Shown here: piece after piece, positions 43,803-52,234 of the stretch
Layout: the number at the start of each line of letters is the position of its first letter
Numbering within the stretch: position 1 is the first letter of the stretch
Assembly: GCF_017656375.1 (NCBI RefSeq)
Contig: NZ_JACDOB010000005.1
Location: 1,719-65,718, forward strand
Source of the DNA: Thermovirga sp.
GTDB lineage: Bacteria; Synergistota; Synergistia; Synergistales; Thermovirgaceae
DNA: 64,000 nucleotides
Reading direction: 5' to 3'
The notes under the pieces: model-generated
Databases searched by the model: none
The model's input: only the letters and a program-made list of their open reading frames with translations
Told to the model about the DNA's origin: nothing
Made by a program: the position numbers and the translations under genes

Positions 43803-45637
43803 CCCTTTGATAAATTCATCTTTGCCCTGTTTTTTGACTCATACATCCTTTTGTCCGCTTTTTTGAGTAAGCTATCTATATTTACTCCATCCTCCGGACA
43901 TGAAGCCACCCCAAAATCAATGGCCATTTTCAACCCTCTGCTTCCCCACAGGTTGCTCTCAATCTCTTTACTTATCTTCTCCCACAAGCGCACCGCCTTT
44001 TCCAAAGACGTTTGAGGGTGAAAAGCAACGAATTCATCGCCCCCATAGCGGGCTATAATATCGCTTTTTCTTATCCTCATCTCCAACAGCAACGCCAACT
44101 CAATCAATAACCTATCTCCTTCCAGGTGCCCAAAAGTGTCATTTATAGCTTTGAAATCCCTTAAATCAACCATCACTAAAGCAAAAGTCCCCCCGTATCT
44201 TTTACATCTCTCAAGTTCCTCTTCCATTTTCATTGAAAAGTATTTTCTATTCCATAACCCTGTCAAAGAATCCCTTAGGGCCTCGTGTTTTGTTTTCAAT
44301 ATTATTTCCTTATACCCCCAAAGAATTCCCAAATGCCTAGCGAGGATGCTCAGCATATCCTTGCCTTCTTTATTGCTGAAATACCCTTGTCTATCCATAA
44401 TCCTTAAAATTCCGAAGACCTTCCCCTCAAAAGCTATTGGAACATCTATTGAATTTCCCACCGCAACATTTATATTATCCTTCATATCTTCAAAAATTTT
44501 GGCGCTTTCTCCTCTTGCTATCACCTTAATTTCTCGTTTGTCTTTTATGGTGGATATTTTATATACGAGGGCTTGACAAAGAGCAGTCTCATTAAGTTTT
44601 TTAACTACGTACCCACATATCTCCTCAATGCTATCTTTTCCTGCGGCCTCTATGATAATCTCTAAAAAAGCCCGCTCCATTCGCCTCATTCTAGCGAGCT
44701 TCTTAAACTGGCTTCGAGTTGTCAGAATGGCAGCAAAATAGCTGCACAAGGAGCTAAGAAGCTCTCCGTCTCTTTTGTTGATAGCTTTCCCAGAAGGACT
44801 TTTAACAAATAAGGTACCCCAAAAGGTGTCTTCATATTTTATTGCTACTGCCATTTCCGAAGGGTCAGTTGCTTTTATTGTGAAAGGAAGAATAATTTTT
44901 GTTTTCTGGCTTTCCCTGATAGAATCCACAGAGCCTTTAGATAAATCCTCCCTTTTTGAATCTGCCCAAAGAAGACTGACATCCACAAACCCAAAGACAT
45001 CCCTTATTTTGTCTATCAAAAATTCACCTATGTCATCTCTACTTTGATATTCAAAAAGCTTTAACGACACATCGACAAGTAGTTTTTTCTTTTTATTTAA
45101 GCTAGCCAATGCATCAAGGCTTGTAGCCAGGCTTTCTTTAAGTTTGATAAAGCTCATAGATTTCGCTGCAATGGTTGCCATAAATTCTAAAAGCTCAATA
45201 CTTTCCTCTGGCAAATTTTTCAAAGATTCTACCACTAACGCTCCCATTAATCGCTGTTCCCACACAATAGGTACTATTATTTTTTGAGTTGCGTTACAAA
45301 CAGAGAGGATCTCTTTAGGAATAAGGCTGCAATCAAGAACTACCGTCTCTTTCCTGATGAGTGCCTTCCAGTAAAGGGTGTTTTTCCTTTCTATGGAATA
45401 AAGTTCAGGAGAATAGCTTCCATACGCTAACAATACTAATTGTTTTTGGTTCTCGCTTAAGACATAAAAACATGCATAGCACCCCTGCAACACCTTTTCT
45501 ATGGTCTCTACAACATACTGGGCCACAGACGGGATGCTTTCATGTTTTTCTATCTCTTCGCAAAAACAAATCAGATCTTTAAGATTTATCATTCTAACCC
45601 CTTCTACAGTTACTTTTTGCTTTTTGATTCTAATCAA
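43799..45637 (-). CDS. GAF-domain diguanylate cyclase (GGDEF)
   Basis: 612 aa. GAF-like blocks (IVPIVWEQRLMGALVVES; AFEGKVFGILRIMD), LTGLWNRKYF, RYGGDEFVAF, and an RKSD I-site. Confidence 0.85.
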   Translation of the reverse strand: MIRIKKQKVTVEGVRMINLKDLICFCEEIEKHESIPSVAQYVVETIEKVLQGCYACFYVLSENQKQLVLLAYGSYSPELYSIERKNTLYWKALIRKETVVLDCSLIPKEILSVCNATQKIIVPIVWEQRLMGALVVESLKNLPEESIELLEFMATIAAKSMSFIKLKESLATSLDALASLNKKKKLLVDVSLKLFEYQSRDDIGEFLIDKIRDVFGFVDVSLLWADSKREDLSKGSVDSIRESQKTKIILPFTIKATDPSEMAVAIKYEDTFWGTLFVKSPSGKAINKRDGELLSSLCSYFAAILTTRSQFKKLARMRRMERAFLEIIIEAAGKDSIEEICGYVVKKLNETALCQALVYKISTIKDKREIKVIARGESAKIFEDMKDNINVAVGNSIDVPIAFEGKVFGILRIMDRQGYFSNKEGKDMLSILARHLGILWGYKEIILKTKHEALRDSLTGLWNRKYFSMKMEEELERCKRYGGTFALVMVDLRDFKAINDTFGHLEGDRLLIELALLLEMRIRKSDIIARYGGDEFVAFHPQTSLEKAVRLWEKISKEIESNLWGSRGLKMAIDFGVASCPEDGVNIDSLLKKADKRMYESKNRAKMNLSKG

Positions 45638-45723
45638 AAAAATGATCTGTCACAAGAAATATATTGTTTTTGTTGTATTATTATTTTAGCAACTGGTTTT
45701 TTGAGAAATATTCAAAACAAAGG

Positions 45724-46755
45724 ATGTGGATCGACTTGGGTAACATTATTACCGTTTTTGGAGCAGGAAGTTGGGGAACTGCCCTAGCCAATCATTTAAG
45801 TTATCAAGGAAAAAGGGTGACCCTGTGGTGCAGGCGGCCAGAACAGGCCAAAACTATAAACGCAACAGGCAGAAACCCCGACTATTTGAAGGACATAGAT
45901 CTTTCAGAAAACCTAACAGCCACATCTGATTTAGAAGAAGCCTGCGATACCGACAAATTTATACTAGCAATTCCAACTCAATCTGTGAGAGGCTTTCTAG
46001 AACAAACAAAGTCTTTCCTCGACGATAAAGTGCATCTATGTAATGCGGCCAAAGGAATGGAAATCTCCACAGCAAAACGCATAAGCGAAATAGTAAAAGA
46101 AATAATGCCAACAGCGCAATACAGCGTCATCTCGGGACCAAGCCACGCAGAGGAGGTAGCCTTGTTTAAGCCAACAGCTGTAGTGGTAGCTTCCTTTTCT
46201 GAAGAGGAGGCAATTATGTGGCAAAACCTTCTGAACAAAGGTTTTTTCAGAGTCTACACAAGCTGTGATGTAGTAGGTGTAGAGATAGGAGGCGCTGTAA
46301 AGAACGTAATAGCTATAGCGGCAGGAATCGCCTCTGAAATGAACCTGGGAGACAACGCCATGGCAGCCCTGGTGAGCAGGGGATTAGCTGAAGTAATGCG
46401 GCTGGGGGCAAAAGCAGGAGCAAACCCCCTGACCTTGGCAGGCCTCGCCGGAATAGGAGACCTAATGGTGACTTGCTACAGCAGCTTATCCCGAAACTAC
46501 AGGCTTGGTCAGGCCATAGCCAGAGGAGAGACGCTAGAAAAGGCCAAGGAATCTCTGGGGCAGGTAGCAGAAGGGGCATACACGGTGAGAGCACTGGTAG
46601 AACATGCCAAGGAGCTGGGCTTGGAGCTACCTATTGCAGAAGCAATCTACCAAGTGCTTTATGAACAGAAAACTCCTGCCTCCTTGCTGGAGGAGCTGTT
46701 CTCCCGATGCCCAAAGCCTGAGATGCCCCCGGAAATGAATTGGGGTTCAAAATAA
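45724..46755 (+). CDS. gpsA: NAD(P)H-dependent glycerol-3-phosphate dehydrogenase
   Basis: ITVFGAGSWGTALA, NAAKGME, GGAVKNVIAIAAG. ATG at 45724 preferred over the track start. Confidence 0.9.
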   Translation: MWIDLGNIITVFGAGSWGTALANHLSYQGKRVTLWCRRPEQAKTINATGRNPDYLKDIDLSENLTATSDLEEACDTDKFILAIPTQSVRGFLEQTKSFLDDKVHLCNAAKGMEISTAKRISEIVKEIMPTAQYSVISGPSHAEEVALFKPTAVVVASFSEEEAIMWQNLLNKGFFRVYTSCDVVGVEIGGAVKNVIAIAAGIASEMNLGDNAMAALVSRGLAEVMRLGAKAGANPLTLAGLAGIGDLMVTCYSSLSRNYRLGQAIARGETLEKAKESLGQVAEGAYTVRALVEHAKELGLELPIAEAIYQVLYEQKTPASLLEELFSRCPKPEMPPEMNWGSK

Positions 46756-46761
46756 AACCTA

Positions 46762-47223
46762 TTAAGTTCTAAGAGCCTCCAGACTGTCCTTCGTGGCAAC
46801 AGGCGATTTATGGCAGTGCACCAGCTTCCAATCGGGCTCTTTCTCGGTACCGAAGTTATGAAAGACCCTTGTTTCGTTGTGGCTTTTGTGAAGCGCCCCA
46901 TCGGGCAGGACCGCCCTGATCATGAGAGTAAAAGTAACTATTGCAGTCTTACCGTAAAACTGGACCCTCGGCTGAAGAATTTCATGCTCGAAGAAGTGCT
47001 CTTTCTCCTCAAGAGGGTCCATTGAACCTTCAAGAACATTTCTGTGTATCCTAAGTTCCCTCAGGTGGAAATCAAGGCCATCTATCCTCACTGGACTTAT
47101 GTACCACTCAAAAAAAGAACAATCTTCGGCCACCGTGCCAGCATAAACATTGGCGTCCCCGTGCCAGATGCTGTCCAGTTGCTTTTCTACTAATTTCAGT
47201 ATGTCTTCCGCTTCCTTGTTCAC
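46762..47223 (-). CDS. NTF2-like (SnoaL/DUF4440-type) protein
   Basis: 153 aa. Call is by size and pattern only; weak. Confidence 0.4.
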   Translation of the reverse strand: MNKEAEDILKLVEKQLDSIWHGDANVYAGTVAEDCSFFEWYISPVRIDGLDFHLRELRIHRNVLEGSMDPLEEKEHFFEHEILQPRVQFYGKTAIVTFTLMIRAVLPDGALHKSHNETRVFHNFGTEKEPDWKLVHCHKSPVATKDSLEALRT

Positions 47224-47260
47224 TGATATCCCTCCTTGAAAATCTTAACCTGCCAAAATG

Positions 47261-47289
47261 TTGTTCCTTTTCGCTTTATAGGATAAAAT
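47261..47289 (+). promoter_or_regulatory. Sigma-70-type promoter for the ferredoxin gene
   Basis: TTGTTC (47261-47266), 17 nt spacer, TAAAAT (47284-47289). Confidence 0.4.
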
Positions 47290-47345
47290 GATTTTGATTC
47301 AACTTCAACAACCTTTAATAACCAATCAAGTAAGGAGGGAATAGA

Positions 47346-47519
47346 ATGGCAAAGGCAGTCGTAGACAAGGACACATGTGTAGGTTGCGAGGCTTGCGTAG
47401 GCACATGCCCCGTAGCAGCTATCAGCATGGTTGATGGCAAGGCAGAAGTGGATCCGGATACTTGCGTGGAGTGTGGCGCTTGTGTTGCAGTTTGCCCAGT
47501 AAGCGCTATTTCCCAATAA
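47346..47519 (+). CDS. 2x[4Fe-4S] clostridial-type ferredoxin (57 aa)
   Basis: Missing from the ORF track because it is under 60 aa. AAGGAGGG SD. MAKAVVDKDTCVGCEACVGTCPVAAISMVDGKAEVDPDTCVECGACVAVCPVSAISQ has two CxxCxxCxxxCP motifs. Confidence 0.85.
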   Translation: MAKAVVDKDTCVGCEACVGTCPVAAISMVDGKAEVDPDTCVECGACVAVCPVSAISQ

Positions 47520-47631
47520 CAAACTGAAATAGGTTTCTAAATACGCCTAAAACGTGCTGGAGCCGCCCTGTGCAAAGCTAGCGTAGGGGTGGCTTCAGTG
47601 TATTTTAGGTTTAGAGAGAAAGGGTTTAAAG

Positions 47632-48879
47632 ATGAAGGAACCCTGGAAGAAAGCTCTATACGTCATTGACATTTTAGAGAAAAAAGGATTCGAGGCTTTT
47701 ATAGTTGGAGGAGCAGTAAGAGACCTTCTGCTCTGCAAAACTCCCGTGGATATAGACATCACCACTTCAGCTAATCTTAGCGATATAAAGGAAATATTAC
47801 CTAAAGCCAAAGTAATAGGCAAAGAAAATCGCAAATCCGCATGCATTTCCATAGAAGGTGTAACTATAGATATAGTTTCCTTTGCACACACCACGTTAGA
47901 AGAAGACCTCAAAAGACGAGACTTCACCATAAATGCCATGGCCATGAGCAGATGTGGCAATATAATCGACCCTTGGGGTGGCCTTTTAGACCTATCCGCA
48001 AGGCTTATAAGATTTACAGAGTCTCCTGAAAATAGGGTTCTAGAAGACCCCGCACGGATAGTAAGGGCTGCTCGATTAACTGCATCAATGCCTGGCTTTA
48101 CACTCGCAGAAGAGACAAACAACATGTGCAAAAAACATGGGAATCTTTTAAAAAAGATTCCCCCTGAACGTATAGGTAAAGAGATCCTAAAGGCTTTCGA
48201 CGGAAAGCCTTCTGCATTCGTGGATATCCTAGAAAATTTGGATATTCTAAACATAGTCATTCCTTGCCTAAGTGCCCTGAAAGCAGTGAACCAAGATCCC
48301 GTTAAACACCCCGAGGGAGATGCTTTTACCCACTCTCTGCTGTGCCTGAAAACAATGGAGAGCCTAACCTTTGACAAAATAATGAAGATCGCCTCTTTAT
48401 TTCACGACCTTGGCAAAGCTGTAAGCATTTCAGATCACGAAGCAAAAGGGGCAAAAATAGCCAGAGAGACTTTCATGCGCTGGTCATGGCCACAAAACCT
48501 AACAAATGAAGTTTGTTCTTTGATAGAGTGGCACTGGGCACCCTTTCGCTTGCCTGAAACTAAAACTGCAGCAAAGCTACTTCTGACCAAAGGCTCAGAG
48601 TGGATAGGCAAACTTTTCCTACTGGGATATGCAGATACGCTAGCAGGAGCTGGGGACATGGAAAGATATATAAGAAATAGAGAAACAATCCTCAAAATTC
48701 TTTTCAATTTGAGCTCTGGGTTGCCTATTAGTGGAAAAGACATCATAAACCTATACCCCGCTTTGAAGGGAGAAAAAATAGGACAAATACTTGATGAGTT
48801 GGCAGAAAAAATAGCCACATCAGGACCTCTAAGCAAGCTGGAAGCCGTAACATGGTTAAATAATAAATACAACCATTAA
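47632..48879 (+). CDS. cca: CCA-adding tRNA nucleotidyltransferase with an HD domain
   Basis: VGGAVRDLLL, DIDITT, RRDFTINAMA, HDLGK. Confidence 0.85.
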   Translation: MKEPWKKALYVIDILEKKGFEAFIVGGAVRDLLLCKTPVDIDITTSANLSDIKEILPKAKVIGKENRKSACISIEGVTIDIVSFAHTTLEEDLKRRDFTINAMAMSRCGNIIDPWGGLLDLSARLIRFTESPENRVLEDPARIVRAARLTASMPGFTLAEETNNMCKKHGNLLKKIPPERIGKEILKAFDGKPSAFVDILENLDILNIVIPCLSALKAVNQDPVKHPEGDAFTHSLLCLKTMESLTFDKIMKIASLFHDLGKAVSISDHEAKGAKIARETFMRWSWPQNLTNEVCSLIEWHWAPFRLPETKTAAKLLLTKGSEWIGKLFLLGYADTLAGAGDMERYIRNRETILKILFNLSSGLPISGKDIINLYPALKGEKIGQILDELAEKIATSGPLSKLEAVTWLNNKYNH

Positions 48880-48979
48880 AAAAGTTGTTACCCTACCTTT
48901 ATTCAGCTATTATTATATTGTTACTGGTTAATTGGCTAATTAAACTTGATGGCTTTTACCCGAGAAGGGGGGCTTATTT

Positions 48980-50104
48980 ATGAGTGAACAAATTGAAATA
49001 CAACAGAGCACCCAATTCAAGGATCGAAAAACCTTCCGAGCCTTAAGCAACTGCCTGGTCCTTGCTGCCTGGTTTGGGGCCATGTATGCAGCTGATGTGG
49101 CTTTTGGGTTTCACCGTGCCAAGATGCTGGACGCATCGCTTGCCTTGATATACCTTGCAGCTTCGCCTCTTGTAACTGTAAAGTTTTCAGAAACATGGAA
49201 AAAAGCGCTGGGGGTTGTCGTCATCGCAAATCTGCTTATTATTTCTTCCATACCTCTGTTCTACGTCCAACTCGGCCTTACGGTACAAGTGGCTCTTTCG
49301 AGGCACATAATATCCCTTTTGTTCTGCATACTTCTTGGGCCCTACTTTTTGCAGCCCAAGGGATTACCTTTCTTCTTCGTCTTGTTCTACAACGCCCTTT
49401 GTTTTTATATACCCATGATGAAACATGGAGAAGTTGACATGAATCTGGCCTACATAGTGATAGTCTATTCTTTTACCTTGCTCTTCTCGTACTTTTTCAT
49501 TGACATACTGAGGCTGCATGTCACCCAGATATCACTGCTCATAAAAGCCCACAAGGAAGCACAGAAAAAGGCTATAGAAGATTCCCTTACGGGCGTATAC
49601 AATAGAAACTACCTGGATAATTTCATAAAGGCACTGGTAGAAAGCGATGTCGAAAAGGTTTTGCTATTTATCTCCCTGGATGACCACGATAAAATCGTGG
49701 AAAACCATGGTCACATTGTAGCGGACGCTTACATCAAGAAGGCTGCTAAGATGATAGCAGAAAAGATACGATCAAAAGATGTCCTGGCCCGCTACGGTGG
49801 TGTAGAATTCATGGTAATATTGGACAATCCAAGCATAAACCTGGGACAAACCGTAGCTAGAAGAATCCTCAGTGGCCTTAAAGAAATAATGCCCGAATAC
49901 TCCAAGGCCTCAATTGGCATAACAAAGATTGTCCCAGGGATAACCTATCAGGCAGTTATGGTCAACGCAGATACTGCCTTATTCAGAGCCAAAAACTCTG
50001 TCTTTGAAGATGTGTCTGTCGTAGACCCTGAAAATCCTACTTTTGATTCTATCCATTTTGAAGATATAATCGAAAACCCACAAAAGGAGGTAGATAGGCC
50101 ATGA
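48980..50104 (+). CDS. Membrane protein with a degenerate GGDEF domain (GGVEF)
   Basis: About 6 N-terminal TM helices. SLTGVYNRNYL, GHIVAD in place of GHxxGD, RYGGVEFMV in place of GG(D/E)EF. Confidence 0.75.
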   Translation: MSEQIEIQQSTQFKDRKTFRALSNCLVLAAWFGAMYAADVAFGFHRAKMLDASLALIYLAASPLVTVKFSETWKKALGVVVIANLLIISSIPLFYVQLGLTVQVALSRHIISLLFCILLGPYFLQPKGLPFFFVLFYNALCFYIPMMKHGEVDMNLAYIVIVYSFTLLFSYFFIDILRLHVTQISLLIKAHKEAQKKAIEDSLTGVYNRNYLDNFIKALVESDVEKVLLFISLDDHDKIVENHGHIVADAYIKKAAKMIAEKIRSKDVLARYGGVEFMVILDNPSINLGQTVARRILSGLKEIMPEYSKASIGITKIVPGITYQAVMVNADTALFRAKNSVFEDVSVVDPENPTFDSIHFEDIIENPQKEVDRP

Positions 50105-50622
50105 GCGAGAAGTCAAAAGCTCTTGAGGTTATTCTCTCAAGAAGAAGTATCAGGTCCTTTGAGAACAAACCCTTGAACGATGCTATTTTCGAGCATCTCC
50201 TTAAAGCCGCTATGGCCGCGCCATCGGCCCACAATCAACAACCTTGGGAATTCATCATAATAGACGACAGAAAGTTATTAGATGAAATACCCACATTTCA
50301 CCCCTACTCCAAAATGCTCCTAGGAGCGCCAGCAGCAATTTTAGTGTGCGCTAAAAAGGACTACATCAAAGACGAAGACCTTTGGCCTCAAGATTGTGCT
50401 GCCGCAACGGAAAACATCCTGTTAGCTGCTACAGCACTGAACCTAGGTTCCGTTTGGCTTGGAGTTTATCCCAAAAAAGCACTCATGGATGGCTTAAGCA
50501 AAACCCTAGGCCTACAGGAAAACGTAATACCCTTTTCTTTAATAGCCTTGGGCTATCCAGCAAAAACCAAGGAGCCATCGAACAGATATGACTCCTCTAG
50601 GGTGCACAGAAACGGCTGGTAA
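50101..50622 (+). CDS. Nitroreductase-family flavoprotein
   Basis: 173 aa. LSRRSIRSF, AAPSAHNQQPW, LGSVWLG. ATGA overlap with the upstream gene. Confidence 0.8.
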   Translation: MSEKSKALEVILSRRSIRSFENKPLNDAIFEHLLKAAMAAPSAHNQQPWEFIIIDDRKLLDEIPTFHPYSKMLLGAPAAILVCAKKDYIKDEDLWPQDCAAATENILLAATALNLGSVWLGVYPKKALMDGLSKTLGLQENVIPFSLIALGYPAKTKEPSNRYDSSRVHRNGW

Positions 50623-50657
50623 AAGTTAAAAGGCTGACTTAAAGGTAGGGGGCCCTT

Positions 50658-51848
50658 GTGACATCAGACATCGAAAAAGAAGAACTCAGCAATGCACTAA
50701 AGGATGAAAACCTTTACATAGTTTTCGCCGTAACCTTGCTTTCGGTGTTAGGTGTAGCAAGCGTAACCCCTGCTTTTCCACAGATTGCCATTTTTTTCAA
50801 TATTTCCCCCGCAAAAACAGGGTTAATTGTCTCTGCTTTCACCATACCAGGCATAATAGCAACGCCTCTTCTAGGGCTTTTAGCGGACACATATGGAAGG
50901 AAAAAAATTCTTGTGCCCTGTCTGCTCTTGTTTGGCCTTTCTGGTGTGATGTGCGCTTTCTCCCGAACCTTCAATGAGCTTTTGTTTATGAGGGTACTGC
51001 AGGGTATGGGAGCTTCAGCGTTAAACTCCCTGAATATAACTATTATAGGTGACCTCTACCAAAAGAGACTAAGGACAGAAGCCATGGGATACAACTCCAG
51101 CATCCTGGGTGTTGGAACAGCAACATACCCTGCTTTGGGAGGATTGCTATCCATGTTGGGATGGCGGTACCCTTTCCTACTACCCATTGCAGCCATTCCG
51201 GTTGCCCTTTGGGTAATGTTGAGGTTGAAGCAAACAGACCTTCCGAAACACAAAGCAGACCAACCCTTTAGAAAAATGTTTCAAGCCTTTTCGAACCCCA
51301 TGGCAATTCTACTTTTTTCCACTAGTACAATTACTTTCATAATATTTTACGGCGCATTCCTGACATTTCTCCCCTTTTACCTTAACAGCAATTTTCAGGC
51401 AACAGCCTTGCAAATAGGCCTCATATCGGCTTTCATGTCCTTATCCAGTGCTATTGTTGCTTTCAACACAAAAAATATATCGAAAATGCTATCCGAAAGG
51501 ATTCGCCTTTCTTTGGCTTTCGTGCTTTACTGCCTGGCCCTCATCATAGCCCTGTACCTTCCCAACTGCCTGAGTGCCCTGATTCCTGCCGGTCTCATGG
51601 GTGCCGCACAGGGCCTTAACATGCCAACACTGATGACCATGATCACAAACATTGCCCCAGAGGAAAACAGAGCTGCCTTTATATCTCTAAACAGCATGTC
51701 TTTAAGGTTAGGCCAAACCATCGGACCATTCCTAATGGGAGGCATCTATTCCCTGTTGGGCATAAACTGCGTCTTTTCCTCCGGAGCAATACTAGCCGGT
51801 ACAATGTCCGCCGTTCTTTATTTTGTCCTCAAAAGCAAGTCCAAATAA
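50658..51848 (+). CDS. MFS transporter
   Basis: 396 aa, 12 TM. LADTYGRKK (the MFS loop 2-3 motif). Confidence 0.8.
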   Translation: MTSDIEKEELSNALKDENLYIVFAVTLLSVLGVASVTPAFPQIAIFFNISPAKTGLIVSAFTIPGIIATPLLGLLADTYGRKKILVPCLLLFGLSGVMCAFSRTFNELLFMRVLQGMGASALNSLNITIIGDLYQKRLRTEAMGYNSSILGVGTATYPALGGLLSMLGWRYPFLLPIAAIPVALWVMLRLKQTDLPKHKADQPFRKMFQAFSNPMAILLFSTSTITFIIFYGAFLTFLPFYLNSNFQATALQIGLISAFMSLSSAIVAFNTKNISKMLSERIRLSLAFVLYCLALIIALYLPNCLSALIPAGLMGAAQGLNMPTLMTMITNIAPEENRAAFISLNSMSLRLGQTIGPFLMGGIYSLLGINCVFSSGAILAGTMSAVLYFVLKSKSK

Positions 51849-51855
51849 CACCAGG

Positions 51856-52215
51856 CTACTCAGCAATAATAGCCATAAAAACTAAAGGCTCTTCCCCGGT
51901 GTTTTCCAAGGAATGCTTATGCCCATCTAACGTTATCATCACGTCCCCTGGACCCACTTCATATCTTTTATCGTCATCGGTAAATATCCCATGTCCGGAG
52001 ACGATGAAGTATATTTCCTCATCTCCTTTATGCTCATGCTCCCCCACTGCCGCCTTGGGATCAAGCTCTATCCTGGCAACCATCTTGAAATGGCTTCCCT
52101 GGGGTTTCTCCCCAATAGATATAAAGGGGAAATAAAGAGCCCCACCTGGTCCATTTTGCAGGTGCTCCCTCCTAAAACCCTTGGTCTCAGAAAATTTGAA
52201 AAACATACCTAACAT
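51856..52215 (-). CDS. Cupin_2-domain protein (metal-binding type)
   Basis: 119 aa. GEHEHKGDEEIYFIVSGHG ... GHKHSLEN. Confidence 0.7.
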   Translation of the reverse strand: MLGMFFKFSETKGFRREHLQNGPGGALYFPFISIGEKPQGSHFKMVARIELDPKAAVGEHEHKGDEEIYFIVSGHGIFTDDDKRYEVGPGDVMITLDGHKHSLENTGEEPLVFMAIIAE

Positions 52216-52234
52216 TCCCCCTTCAAAATAAAAA

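Noticed and set aside
47595-48377. 260-aa minus-strand ORF
   Set aside because: It is antisense to the CCA-adding enzyme gene (GGAVRDLLL, RRDFTINAMA). Shadow ORF.
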